Assembly: GCA_038087875.1 (NCBI GenBank)
Contig: CM075995.1
Location: forward strand, 2,544,001-2,608,000
From: Malacoraja senta
Taxonomy: Eukaryota
DNA: 64,000 nt
Reading direction: 5' to 3'
The first letter of the stretch is position 1. Every line of letters begins with the position of its first letter. Below, one piece after another: positions 1 to 12,691 of this stretch. Under the pieces are notes generated by a model, which was not told the DNA's origin, made no database searches, and saw only the letters and a program-made list of their open reading frames with translations. The translations under genes were made by a program, and so were the position numbers.

Positions 1-206
1 ATTACATAGCTCTGTTAAAAAACACAGGAACAAGCAATTGAACTTTATATGCTAATTTAAGTTACAATTTTTAAATGATGTTCATAGCAATGGTTTTAAT
101 TATTTAAAAGTAGTAATCAGGGCCAGAATTCATAATGCAAGGAGAAGATTTAATTTTGGCTTGAATTTTAAGCATCTCATACTGCGACGAAAGGTATAGG
201 AAATAT

Positions 207-265
207 CTACACACACACGCACACACAGTACACACACGCACGTGCGCACGCATGCACACACACAC
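207..265. repeat. Imperfect (CA)n/(CACG) microsatellite
   Basis: acacacacgcacacacag...cacacacacaca. Confidence 0.9.
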
Positions 266-321
266 AATGCAAACTCTTGACTATTGAATTAATCGTTTTT
301 TCTTTATGTTCCGTAATTGAC

Positions 322-1668
322 TGCTGGTTCTGGACTCCCCCAACATCGGGACCATTTTTCCTGCAACTAGCCTGTTCAATCCTTTTAGAATTTTATATGT
401 TTCTGTAAGATCTCCTCTCGTCCTAAATTCCAGTGAATACAAGGCCAGTCGACCCCTTTCTTTCATTATATGTCAGTCCCGCCATCTCGGGAATTAACCT
501 GGTGAACCTGCGCTGTACTCCCACAATAGCAATAATGTACTTTCTCAAATTAGGAGACCAAAACTGCACACAGTACTCCAGGTGCAGTCTCGCCAGGGCC
601 CTGTACAACTGCAGTACGACCTCCTTGCTCCTAAACTCAAATCCTCTCGCAATGAAGGTCAACATGCCATTAGCTTTCTTCACTGCCTGCTGTACCTGCA
701 TGCTTATTTTCAGTGACTGATATACAAGCACACCCAGGTCTCGTTGCACCTCCCCTTTTCCTAATCTGACACCATTCAGATAATAATCTGCCTTCCTGGT
801 TTTGCCACCAAAGAGGATAACCTCACATTTCTCCACGTTATACTGCATCTGCCATGCATCTGCCCACTCACACAACCTATCCATGTCACCCTGCAGCCTC
901 ATAGCATCCTCCTCGCAGCTCACACTGCCACCCAGCTTTGTGTCATCCGCAAACTTGGTGATGCCACATTTAATTCCCTCGTCTAAATCGTTAATATATA
1001 TTGTAAACATCTGGGGTCCCAACACTGAGCCTTGCGGCACCCCACTCATCACTGCCTGCCATTCTGAAAAGGACCTGTTAATTCCTACTCTTTGCTTCCT
1101 GTCTGCCAACCAGTTCTCTATCCATGTCAATACCCTACCCCCAGTACCATGTGCTCTAATTTTGTACACTAATCTCTTGTATGGGACCTTGTCAAAGGCT
1201 TTTTCAAAGTCCAGATACACCACATTCTACTTGTTACATCCTCAAGAAAATCCAGGTCAAACATGATTTCCCCATCATAAATCCATGCTGACTTTGACCG
1301 ATCCTGTCACTGCTTTCCAAATGCGCTGCTATAACATCTTTAATAATCGTCTCCAGCATCTTCCCTGTTTTCTCTCTCCCTCCTTTCCTCCCTCCAGCCC
1401 ACAGGAACTGATCCAGAGTCGACAGAACATTGGAAAATGATCACCAATGCATCCACGATTTCTAGGGGCACCTCCTTGAGTACTCTTGGATGCAGATCAT
1501 CTGGCCCTGGGGATTTATCTGCCTTAAGTCCCAACAGTTTACCTAACACCATTTCCTGACTAATGTGGATTCCCTTCAGTTCCCCCCTCCCACTAGATCC
1601 TTGGTCTGCAAGTATTTCCAGGAGATTTTTTGTGTCTTCCTTAATGAAGACAGAACCAAAGTATTCGT
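322..1668 (-). mobile_element. CR1 LINE ORF2 fragment (RT and C-terminal part), internally deleted and frameshifted
   Basis: ORFs 423-1223 (YLDFEKAFDKV, GVPQGSVLGP, FADD), 1340-1552 (KSPGPDDLHPRVLKE) and 281-466 are collinear with the intact ORF2 at 35614-38913. Confidence 0.95.
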
Positions 1669-1707
1669 TTCCCCCCTCCTCTCTCCCCCTCCCTTCCCCC
1701 CCATTCT

Positions 1708-2063
1708 GTCACAGTTGGGAAAAGGGGAAGTACAACGGGATCTGCGGGTCCTTGTTCATCAGTCAATGAAAGTAAGCATGCAGGTACAGCAGGCAGTAGG
1801 CAGTAAAGAAAGCAAATGGCATGTTGGCCTTCATAACAAGAGGAGTCGAGTATAGGAGCAAAGAGGCCCTTCTGCAGTTGTACAGGGCCCTAGTGAGATC
1901 ACACCTGGAGTATTGTGTGCAGTTTTGGTCCCCTAATTTGAGAAAGGACATTCTTGTTATTGACGGAGTGCGGCGTAGGTTCACAAGGTTCATTCCCGGG
2001 ATGGTGGGACTGTCATATTCTGAGAGAATGGAGCGACTGGGCTTGTATATTCTGGAATTTAGA
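1708..2063 (+). mobile_element. CR1 LINE ORF2 fragment
   Basis: LGKGEVQRDL...LYRALVRSHLEYCVQFWSPNLRKD...LEFR matches the CR1 ORF2 C-terminal region. Confidence 0.93.
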
Positions 2064-2550
2064 TGACACATGACAATGAACTAAACTAAACTAAATGGAA
2101 AATCATTCTCGACCTTTTCATCCAAACTATTGCACTATCTTAATCCTTCCTCTGATCTTCAAAGATCCTTCCTTCGAGGGGGCTCCCCCCCTCCTTTCCT
2201 TATCTGCACAGTGGTTTGGCAATATCATCTAAAAATACAGCGTCAGCTTCCACATGCATATTCTGTCTCCAAATCATCCCCTACCACTGTCTCCCCTATT
2301 CTTGTACCTGTCCTACACACTGATTTGCAACTTTTATTTTGTTTTCAACTCCTTTACTCTCTTTCTTGGTTTGGGGACAGTTCCATCCAAGACCGCAAGA
2401 AAATGAAGTGTGAAAACGCACACCTCCAGATTCAGGGACAGTTTCTTCTCAGCTGTTATCAAGAAACTGAATCATCCTACCACAACCAGAGAGCAGTCCT
2501 GAACTACTATCTACCTCACTGGTGACCCTTGGACTATCCTTGATCGGACT

Positions 2551-5500
2551 AGAGCGGCTCCTCGTTTGAACTACGTAAAACACCATGGATTGCAATCACA
2601 TTACTGATACTGAATAGAATCTCTAACAACCCACTACTGGAAATATCGGACCAGACTTTTCCTGAGCACTGGACTACACCTTTACTTCTAGAAAACACCT
2701 TCGAAGACCGGGTGAGTTTGTTCCAATTTGTTATTCAGTCATCTTGTATGTCTACAGCAATGGAAGGGAGAATCCTGACTAAAATTAATTTAAGACCAAT
2801 GACTTATTCTTTCATAATTATCATGCTTGCTGGATACGTAGCATTAAATCCCGGCCTTTACCAACCCAAATACCCGTGCATGGTGTGCAGCAAGGCAGTG
2901 GTCAACAGGCAATAGAATGTGAGGAATGTGACTCGTGGTTTCACACAAACTGTATTGGCATGAATGAACACATTTATAACGTGCTTGTCGAGCATCTGTC
3001 GTACTCATGGGTGTGCTGCAACTGTGGGCTCCCCAATTTTGATTCTTCATTTTTTTAGCCACGCAAGCATTAATTTGTCAAACAGCTTAGAATATCTCAA
3101 CATATCTGCAGACTCTGACGTTGTACCTAGTCTTGACTCAGCTTCACCTATCCCTAGGACATCTAGTCCGATAGTAGACCGTGATCAGCACGAGTCTGAA
3201 AAAAGCAAACACGGTGGTAATAAAAACTCCGGGGCCAAGTCGAAGCCTAAGAGGATGAAGTTTGGTCATAGTAAACAAGAAACTTTTAACATTCTTAATC
3301 TCAATTGCCAGAGCATTAGAGCAAAGAAGGCAGAATTCCAGGCTCTTATAGACCAGGAAAACCCAGACATAATAATCGGTACAGAATCTTGGTTGAACAA
3401 AGACATTGCCGCAGGTGACATTTTTCCAACATTCTACCAGGTGTTTAGAAAAGACAGGAAAGGGGACTCTCGTGGGGTTCTATTCATCGCTATTTGTATA
3501 TTGCTACTGAAGAAAAAGATCTTGATGCAAACTGCGAGGTGCTGTGGGTTAGCATTCATATAAAGGGGCTAAAGCCTACATACATCAGGGCATTTTACCG
3601 CCCTCCATCGTCAGGACAGGAACATTTAAGAGAACTTGAAGCTTCTTTATCCATGATTCCGAAATCTGCTTCTGTATGGCTACTCTGCTATTTTAATCTC
3701 CCTGATATAGACTGGTCCAGCAATTCTCTTCGTACTGGGGGAAGAAATACCGCATGTTGCAAGATTATGTTGGATTTGGCCAATGATTTCAACCTCACTC
3801 AAATGGTTGATAAGCCCACTAGAGACAGAAATATACTTGACGTGTTTTGTCAGCCATCCCTCCTTTGTAGAAAGTTGCAATGTGACATCAGGCATAAGGG
3901 ACCATGATGCTGTTATTTTCTAAGCCAAGATGACAGCCAAAGCAGACCACTGAGAAGGAAGATTTTCCTCTACAAAAAGGCAGATTTCTCTTCCATAGAT
4001 GAACATATCAGAATTTAATGAGAAATTAACAGGAGATTATGTGGCAGCAACAGACATAAACACGCTGTGTTTAGATTTTAAACAAGTTCTTGTCAGGGCC
4101 ATGGACTGTTTTATTCCTTCAAAAATGTGTTCCATCAGATATAATTTACCGTGGGTAAATTCATCAATTAGGCAATTAAGAAAAAACAAAGGCTTTATAA
4201 TAGAGCAAGAAAATCTGGGTCAACTTCCCCATGGACAGATTTTAAGAAATGTCGGCGTTCAATTGACAGACAAATCAGGAAAGCGCATCAAGAATACATC
4301 CATAGGTACACAAAAATGCTGGAGAAACTCAGCGGGTGCAGCAGCATCTATGGAGCAAAGGAAATAGGCAACGTTTCGGGCTGAAACCCTTCTTCAAACT
4401 GATAGGGGGTGGGGAGAAGAAAGGAAAAAAGGTGGAGGAGGAGCCCGAGGGCTGGGGGATGGGAGGAGACAACCAGAGGGCTGATGAAGGGGAGGAGACA
4501 GCAAGGGCTAGCAAAATTGAGAGAATTCAATGTTCATGCCCCCAGGATGTAGACTGCCCAAGCAGAATATGAAGTGCATTTCCTCCAATTTCCGGTGTTG
4601 ACACAAAGCCTTTCTGGAATTACATCAAGAAAATGAGCCAGGAAGTATTTGGCATCTCAAGCCTTACATCGATGGGGCGGACAGTTTCTTTGGCAGCAGA
4701 CAAGGCCGAAGTGTTAAACCAGCAGTTTTGTTTGTTTTTTACTGAAGAAAACCTAGATGAATTCCCGTCATTGAACTCACAACAAACTCCAAAAATTGCA
4801 GATCTTAAGGTAACAATGAACGGGATGCAGAAATTATTGGAAGAAATAAAACCAAAGAAGGCATCAGGGCCAGACCAGATACCAGCCAGTTTTAAAGAAT
4901 TGTGTCACAAGCTTAGCTCCAGTCTTCCAAAAGATGTTTCAAAAGTCTGTGGTTTGTGGAGAACTCCCAGAAGATTGGCTGAATGCTAACATTTTCCCCA
5001 TCTATAAAAAAGGAGATAGGATAAATCCTGCAAATTATCGCCCAGTTCCACTTACCTCCATACCATGATTCTCGAACATATAGTCCACCGACATATTATG
5101 GACCATATTGACTTCCACATATTAACAAACCACCAACATGGCTTTAGACAGGGTCGATCATGTGAAACCCTACTGGCGGGACTCATCGATGATCTAGCCA
5201 GGTCACTCGATAACAAGGGTCAGACTGACCTGATTATATTAGATTATATCAGTAAGGCTTTTGATAAGGTTCCCCATAAGCGGCTCCTGTACAAGCTCAA
5301 CCATGTAGGAATAGACGGCAACCTCTTAAAATGGATTGAGATCTTTTTGACAAGGAGACACCAGCGAGTTCTCTTGGAGGGAGAGACGTCTATTGAAACT
5401 TCTGTGACATCAGGTGTACCACAGGGGACTGTCATGGGTCCATTGCTCTTCCTACTGTATATCAATGACATTTCAAATGCAGGTTCGTCCAGAGTTCAAC

Positions 5501-6409
5501 TCTTCGCAGATGATGCCATCATTTATAGAGAGATTAAAACACCAGAAGGCAGCTTGTCCTTACAGAAGGATCTGGATGCTCTCTGTGAGTGGGGAAAAAC
5601 CTGGCAGATGTCATTCAATACAACCAAATGTCATACCATGCATGTCTCACACAAGACTAAACCACTTTTATCGGAATACAACATGGGTAGCCATACATTG
5701 CTTGCTGTCGACCATCACCCATATCTAGGAGTCGAATTAAGCAAAGATTTAAGTTGGGCGACGCATATTAGTCAAGTGTCTAACAAAGCAAATAGAACTC
5801 TCGGCCTACTCAAAAGAAATGTTCACGCATGTAGTACATCCGTCAAAGAGAATGCCTACAAGTCCTTGGTCAGGCCCAAATTGGAGTATTGTGGAGCCGT
5901 ATGGGATCCTTTCAACAACAACAACAAGATCACCCTAGAGAAAGTACAACGCCGAGCAGCCCGCTTTGTATGTAATGACTACAAGCGCAAATCAAGCGTG
6001 AATAATATGCTGACTTCCCTCGGATGGGATACCCTAGAGCTCCGCAAAATCAGGCTAAGACTTATTGCAATTTACAGAGATTCACAAAATCAAATCTCCC
6101 GTCATCCCAGAGCACCAACTGCTGTGAAACAAGACAAAATAACGGTCCCTACATCATCAACTCCCTAAATTTCAATAAACGTTGCTACCAATATTCCCTT
6201 TACCCAAGGACGATAAGGGAATGGAATATGTTACCACCCCTCACACGTGCTGCTCCCGATGTTGTCATTTAAAAAGGGGATTGAGCAACTAGATCTCCTC
6301 AACTTGGTCAAAAAGGCCCACTTCAAAATGTAATCACTACTCTACTCACTCCGACCTGCACAAGATAACCACTGATGAGGTGTTTGCGCAGTAATCAACC
6401 AGAACCAGA
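2551..6409 (+). mobile_element. Near-full-length degenerate CR1-group LINE of invertebrate type: 2A-like motif, PHD finger, APE endonuclease, RT
   Basis: PHD CMVC..CEEC..HTNC..WVCCNC. EN motifs LNCQSIRAK, IGTESWL, FYRPP. RT motifs QHGF, KAFDKV, GVPQGTVMGP, FADD (ORF 5065-6168). (AACCAG)n tail. 3-bp duplication 'act' at 2548-2550 and 6410-6412. Several frameshifts. Confidence 0.9.
4304..4600 (-). mobile_element. Penelope-like terminal fragment nested in the PHD LINE, with a variant hammerhead motif at about 4366-4400
   Basis: Reverse complement reads ttgaagaagggtttcagcccgaaacgttgcc and includes the end of the GIY-YIG ORF; homologous to 58627-59388. Confidence 0.8.
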
Positions 6410-6447
6410 ACTTTGCTGGCTTTACCTTGCACTAAACATTATTCCCT

Positions 6448-7159
6448 AAACACCGGTTGTAGCCAGCAATGGCTGCCTTGCCAACAGTCTGTCTGTCCTT
6501 TCTCCTGCTTTTGTTATTTTAAGTACGTGTTAAAGAGTATGTTTTAGTGTTCCTTGGTTTGTTTTATGTGGGGGGTGGGGGATGGGGGGGCTGGGGGAAA
6601 CTTTTTTCAATCTCTTACCTCGCCGGAGATGCGATTTTTTACCGTATCGTATCTCCGTCCCCACTGCGGCCTAACATCGTGGAGTGGCGCGGCCTTTCCT
6701 GGAGACCGACCAGGCGTTTCAACCGCGAGCGCGGCTTGAACTCACCATCGTGGAGCTTGCGATCCCTTTGCCGGAGATCGACTGTGGAGAGCTCCAACCC
6801 CGGGCCTGTGGACTTTAACATCGTGGAGCTCGCAGTCCCTGATTAGAGACCAAGAGCTCCAAGCCGCGGAGAGTTTCAACCGCCCCGACGCGAAGGCTTC
6901 GGATTGACGGCTGCGGGAGCATTGATGGGCCCGACTGCGGATGGTTCAACACCCCCGACCGCGGGAGAATAAAGAGGGAGAAGATTGGACTTTATTACCT
7001 TCCATCACAGTGAGGAATGTGGGGAGCCGCTGTGCTGGATGTTTTATTTTATGTGGCTGTGTGTCTTGTTGCTTTTCACTTAGTATGGCTGTATGGTAAC
7101 TCAAATTTCACTGTACTTTAATTGGTACACGTGACAATAAACTGACCTTGAAACCTTGA
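6448..7159 (+). mobile_element. CpG-rich non-coding retroelement with a Rex1-type 3' tail
   Basis: Related to 9415-10185, 10810-11570 and 24120-24660. Internal catcgtggag repeats. Ends tttcactgtac...gtgacaataaa plus ccttga repeat. Confidence 0.7.
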
Positions 7160-8399
7160 CCGTGTATCTGTACACTGTAAATGGCTCAGTTGTAATAATC
7201 ATGTATTGTCTTTCCACTGACTGGATAGCACGCAACAAAATCTTTTCACTGTATCTCAGTACACGTGACAATAAACTAAACTGTAACTGTAACCTTGTGC
7301 CTTATGTGGACGAGATGTCTTTGAGTTTTCCTCAATTTACAGCCTGTTTTATCATTCCTGAAAGCCAACACTCAGCACCAAGATTTGTGCCAACAATTGT
7401 TTAAGTCCGTAGGAATGGATATTCCCTTTCTAGATATTTTCATCTCGTACTTCTTTTAAGACACCCTTAAAATCTATTTCATTGATTAAATCATCTCGTA
7501 CAGTAACTTCTTGTGTTGCAGCACGTAAAAAAATGACTTGATTACAATGCTTTGAAGGGGCTTCAAATATTTGGCATCATTTTTAGCACAGTAATGTACA
7601 AGTGGCCACAATTGTCACAGCATACAGTTATTACTTTCCATGTTACCATTCAAGATTGACAACTCTCCCCAGAGAGCATAGCAAAACACCAGTCTCCTTG
7701 TAAACACAAGTTACCCATTGGATTTACTAAGACGATATTGCCTTAAAAAGGATCAAAACAGACTTGAAACTTTTCCAATGGGAAGGTGACATTTCAAGGT
7801 GGAGGGTGGAGAATAGAATGGGTTGATATGACAGTTAAGATTGAATCTCACAATAAACCTACTAGTTTTTATATATATATATGTGTAAATATGCATATAG
7901 TACACATAATTCTAAACATGCCAACAAGGCAAACCCTGATGTTTGTTGTATCTCAAAAGAAAGGTCTGATAGATTTAATAAAATTGAAGTTATAAACTTT
8001 GAATATGGACTATCTTCAGAACTTAAAGATTTATTCCTAATCATATAGTCATCAAAATATAATTTCACGAGTTATAGGAGCAGAATTAGGCCATTCGGCC
8101 CATCAAGTCAACTCCGCCATTCAATCATTGCCGATCCCAATTGAAAGTGAATTATTGCCAGTTCAATTGCTGTTCGTTAATACTGCAACTTGATCCATAA
8201 ACTTTACTTTCAAATGTGACTTCCTGGGTTACAGAAGTCCTGTCTTATGAAAAAACAACTTTACACAAACTTGTTCGTAAACGTTTAAGCATTTTCAAGG
8301 CAGGGAAGGTACTGACACAAATGCAATAAGTTATGGAACAGGGCATCAGCTAGTAAATCCAAAAGATAAAGATTTTCCAATAATTTTTGAAAACTTAAG

Positions 8400-8660
8400 T
8401 TATCAGGCAACTGAACCATCCTATCATGAACTAGATACTAAGAGAGCAGTCCTGGGCTACTATCTACCTCATAGGAGACCCTCGGACTATCTTTGATCGG
8501 ACTTTACTGGATTTTATCTTGCACGAAACGTTATTCCCATTATCATGTATCTGTACACTGTGCATGGCTCGATTGTAATCATGTATTGCCTTTTCGCTGA
8601 CTGGTTAACACGCAACTAAAGCTTTACACTGTATCTCGGTACACATGACGGTGAACTCAA
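8400..8660 (+). mobile_element. Rex1/Babar-type LINE 3' UTR fragment
   Basis: Uninterrupted homologue of the split element at 2372-7293. Confidence 0.75.
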
Positions 8661-8664
8661 CTCG

Positions 8665-8905
8665 TTGGAGCAGAATAAGGCCATTCAGCCCATCAAGTCT
8701 ACTCCGCCATTCAATCATGGCTGATCTATCTCTCCCTCTCAACCCCTTTACCCTGCCTTCTCCCGATAACCTTTGACATAATTACTAATAAAGAACCTTG
8801 CAATCTCCACTATAAAAATACAAAATGTCGCCTGCGGCAATGAATTCCACTGATTCACCACCCTCTGACAAAATAAATTCCATCTCATCTCCTTTCTAAA
8901 GGTAC
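8665..8905 (-). mobile_element. CR1 3'-end fragment. Same subfamily also at about 14990-15275, 18550-18850, 19395-19780, 39245-39720, 49575-49785, 51620-52232 and 55070-55290
   Basis: Shared CR1 3' UTR gatcagccatgattgaatggcggagtagacttgatgggccgaatggcctaattctgctcc. Confidence 0.85.
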
Positions 8906-9414
8906 TGGTTTTTGCATTAACTGTTTACATGTAATCTCCTGCTGCAGTCAAACAGATACATTATCTTTAAGAAAACCAGTTACCAGTTCACAATGGGAGT
9001 TCATTTACGGCATCAATCTCATCTATTCACGCTTGTGAAAAAAAGCCTCATTAAACAACGTCACGTCCATTGATACGTTAAGGCTATCACAACTAGCTAT
9101 TAGACATTCTGCCTCCACACTACAGAGGGGAAGACAATAAATAAATATTCCGAAGAAAGCAGGGCTGGCAAGAGATGACCAAGGAAGAGTGGAGCCCACA
9201 ATGGTCCATTGTTGGCTGGGGAAGAGGTGATAATGAAGAGATACAAGGATGCGAACAATGGAACTAGTAGGATGACAAGGGTGGGGGAGGGGGGAGGATG
9301 GGATTGCAAGGGTTACTTGAAATTCGAAAAATCAATATTCATACCGGTGGGTTGTAGGCTGCCTAAGCAAAATATGAGGTGCTCAGACCCGCTGAATTAC
9401 TCCAGTACTTTGGT

Positions 9415-10185
9415 AGTTCAAGTTATATTTATTGTTACATGCACCAATTGGTACAGTGAGATTTGAGTTACCATACAGCCATACGAATAAAAAGAATACA
9501 ATATACAATAGAGTTTAACATGAACATCCCCACACGTTTCCCACTATGAGGGAAGGCAATAAAGTTCAGTCATCTTCCTCATTGTTCACCCATGGTCGGG
9601 GCCTTTGAGCCCTCCGCAGTTGCCGCTACGAATGGCCCGATGTTCAGGCCCTCTCGCCGGGATGATCGGAACTCTGACGTCGGAACAGAAGAATACTCTT
9701 AGTGGCTTGGAGTTTCCGAATTGGCCGCTTCCTACCGGACGGAGACTGCGGCTCCCAAAGTCCACAGGCCGAGCTGCACGGAGCTCCAACACTGGCGACC
9801 CTCGGCAAGGGGTCCCAGGACTCTGCGATGTTACAGTCAGCGCCGCCCGCGGCTAGAAGCTCTGCAAACCACAGCTCCACGATGTTAAAGCAGCTGGCCC
9901 AACACCCTGGAGCCTCAACACGGCGATCCCTGGTAAGGTATCGCCCGCTCCGCGATGGTAATTCAGTGCTGCGCCGCTGCTGAAGCTCTGGCCAGTCTCC
10001 GGCAGGAAAGGCCGCGGGGGGCGCGAAGATGCGACCCGGAGAAAATACACATCCTCGACCAGTAAGTGACTGGAAACGGTTTCCCCCTTCCCCTCCCCAC
10101 ATAAAAAAGACTAAGAAAACTAAAAAAAAAACATACTTTTAAACAGACTAAAAATAACAAAAAGGGTGAAAGGACGCGGCGCCTG
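9415..10185 (-). mobile_element. CpG-rich non-coding retroelement with Rex1-type tail, inserted into a PLE terminal fragment
   Basis: Reverse-complement homologue of 6448-7159. PLE sequence stops at about 9412 and resumes at about 10198. Confidence 0.7.
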
Positions 10186-10576
10186 AAAAAAAAATATGTA
10201 CCAGCATCTGCAGTTCCTACCTCTACAAATGAATGTTTAAATTTGTTTCTGACCAGCTTTGAAAATATATTTAAAAATTGAACCTTTAATATGCAGGGAT
10301 GAAGCAAATGGTTCAAAAGGGAAGGTGATTTGCAAATTTTGTAGCAGAAATCAAGTCATTGTGGTAGATGCATCATGAAGAGAAGAACTGCATTGGAATA
10401 TTATCAGAATATACTCTTAGTCTGTCAATGTTTTCAGGCAATATCATGCACCAGGAGCCAAGGTACATTATTTTCTTTGAAACTTGATCTAGTTTAACAT
10501 AGGCAGGAGCCACTAATTTTTTCTGTTATGGTCTGCTGCAATGAATGAATTGAACTTTAGGAAAACAAATCCAAGC

Positions 10577-11655
10577 ACAGTTGTGCAGCTGATGGAGCTG
10601 CTGCCTCACAGCATCCGACCCAGATCCTGACATCGGGTTCTGTCTGTGTGGAGTTTACACGTTCTCCCTGCGACCGCGTGGGTTTTTACCGGGTGTTCCG
10701 GTTTCCGCCTGCATTCCAAAGACGTGCCGGTTTGTGGGTTGATTGGCCTCTTTAAATTTTGAAGTGGATGAGAATGTGGGATGATGTGGAGATGATGTGG
10801 GATGATATTAGAGTTTCCTTTTTGTCATTCAAACTTTTAGTTTGAACGAAATTGCGTGCCTTGCAGTCATGGCAGAAAATAAAGTAACAGAACGCACAAT
10901 GAACACAGTTTAACACAAACATCCATCACAGTGAGTCTCCAGACACCCTCTCACTGTGAAGGAAGGCAAAAAGTCTTGAAGTCTTATCTCTTCCCTCCTT
11001 GTTCTCCCTCTGCGTTGAGGTGATCCAGGCTTTCGATGTTGGGCCCCCCGCCGGGTGATGGTAAGTCCCGCGGCCGAATCCGAGCTCCGCGAACGGGCCG
11101 GTTCAAACTCCGCGGCCCGGGGCGGAAGAAGCTGCCACCCTCCAGTCCAGCCGACGAAGCTGTTGTTGCGGGAGCTCCGGAGAATCAGTCTCCGACCTGG
11201 GATCTGCGAGCTCCTCATGTTACCGTCCACAGGGCCGCGGCCGAAGCCTCCGAAGTCGGGTGACCGCCACAGCTCCACCACAGCCTCCGAAGTCGGCCAG
11301 CTTCGCGATGGTGAGTCCACAGGCTCTGCCACCGGAGCCTCAAGGTCGGTTCCAGTTGGAGGCCGCCAGCTCCACGATATTAGGCCTCAACGCAGACGGA
11401 GACGGAGATATGACAAAGAAAAGGTTGCATCCCCGTTAAAGGAAGAGGTTAAAAAAAGTTTCCCCCACCCCCCACAAATACACAACTAAAAATAAACTAA
11501 AACAGACACCTAACAAGACAAAAGAGAAAAAAAAAGGAAAAGACAGACGGACTGCAGGCGAGCCGGCCACTTGTGGAACTAGTGTTAAAGGGGGATCAAT
11601 GGTCGGCGTAGACTCGGTGGACCGAAGAGCCTGTGTCCGTGCTAACTAAACGAAA
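10577..11655 (+). mobile_element. V-SINE (10577-10760 and 11570-11655) interrupted by a minus-strand CpG-rich retroelement (about 10810-11570)
   Basis: SINE head and V domain lie upstream; SINE tail ggtcggcgtagactcggtgg...ctaaac resumes after the insert. Confidence 0.7.
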
Positions 11656-11880
11656 CAATGCTGTAAATCTGATTTGTTTGAACCCATTTATATATGACGA
11701 AGGGATTGATTATATTCATCTGAAATTGCATTCTAAAGAGGTTCATTGTTGGAGAAAATGTTGAGTGGTGTGTCATTTTGACGTTGACCCTGCTGTACAA
11801 TAAATAGAAATGAGAGTAATTTACACCTCACCATGTGTCTACCTACCTCTCCCCTTATTCCCCCACCCCCTCCCTGTGCC

Positions 11881-12309
11881 TAGGGTTGCCAACTGCCCCG
11901 TATTAGCCGGGACATCCCATATTTTGGGCTAAATTGGTTTGTCCCATACGGGACCGCCCTTGTCCCTTATTTGACTGCTACTTCTCGGGTCGAGGGGACT
12001 GTCGGGTCGGAGTGCCGCGTCCGGCCCCGCCTCACCCACCCCGCAATAGTGCAGCCCATGGTGTGCAGCAGCGGCGCCTCGCCCCTGGCCCCGTCGGTCG
12101 GCAGCCCGGCCAGCTGTCCGACCTTCAGACCTTCCCTTACCGCCGACACCACCACCCCTCCTTCTCATGGCCGATCATCGGTTCATGAGTTGGATGGGGT
12201 GCCGGACGCGGGGCCACAGCCGAGTCGGTTAAGGAACTGCCATCGGGAATTTGTCCCGTATATTTGACCTTTTGTCCCTTATTTGGGAGTGAGAAAGTTG
12301 GCAACCCTA
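11881..12309. mobile_element. Non-autonomous hAT MITE (429 bp)
   Basis: Terminal inverted repeats (TIRs) TAGGGTTGCCAAC / GTTGGCAACCCTA; perfect 8-bp TSD cctgtgcc at 11873-11880 and 12310-12317. Confidence 0.92.
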
Positions 12310-12317
12310 CCTGTGCC

Positions 12318-12670
12318 CCATCTGGACTTGCACCTTTTTCTCCCCTCCCACTCCATTCCTTCCTCTGGCTTTGCAATTCGCAACTCTTCAATTATTTTGT
12401 CTCACACCATCTGTTTTAATCTCTAGCCTTTTTTCCAACCATCTACCTAAGAAACCCCCCTCTCACCTACGTTCATCTATGCTTTGACCTGCTTCTTCTC
12501 TCTATCAGCTTTTATTTCACCCAATCCCCTGAAATCACTCTGAAGAGGGGTCACGACCCGAAAACATCACCGATCCATGTTCTCCAGAAATGCTGCCTGA
12601 CCCATCAAGTTTCTTCAGCACTTTGGGTCCTTTTTTTGTCAACCAGCATCTGGAATTCCTTGTTTCTACT
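12318..12670 (+). mobile_element. Penelope-like terminal (pLTR) fragment with a degenerate hammerhead at about 12537-12572
   Basis: ctgaagaggggtcacgacccgaaaacatcacc followed by the conserved ...atgctgcctgaccc...ccagcatctg tail. Confidence 0.75.
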
Positions 12671-12691
12671 TAAAGAAGAGCCCATGCCAGG

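Larger units (their letters stand above)
2372..7293 (+). mobile_element. Rex1/Babar-type LINE 3' fragment split into three pieces (2372-2550, 6410-6447, 7160-7293) by two later insertions
   Basis: Encodes KTHTSRFRDSFFSAVIKKLN, similar to RTARFCNSFFPRAIRLLN of ORF 13269-13985. The joined pieces align with the uninterrupted copy at 8400-8660. Ends gtgacaataaa plus a short repeat tail. Confidence 0.8.

Noticed and set aside
322..2063. Divergent CR1 pair as a twin-priming inversion
   Set aside because: Both fragments cover the same ORF2 segment and differ in sequence, so they are independent insertions.
6356..6395. CTGATGAG in the PHD LINE 3' UTR as a hammerhead core
   Set aside because: No stem II plus GAAA box follows; it is the loop of an ordinary LINE 3' stem-loop.
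9586..12391. Many overlapping Arg/Pro/Gly-rich ORFs
   Set aside because: Stop-poor frames caused by GC-rich repeats (CpG-rich element and hAT MITE); no protein motifs.
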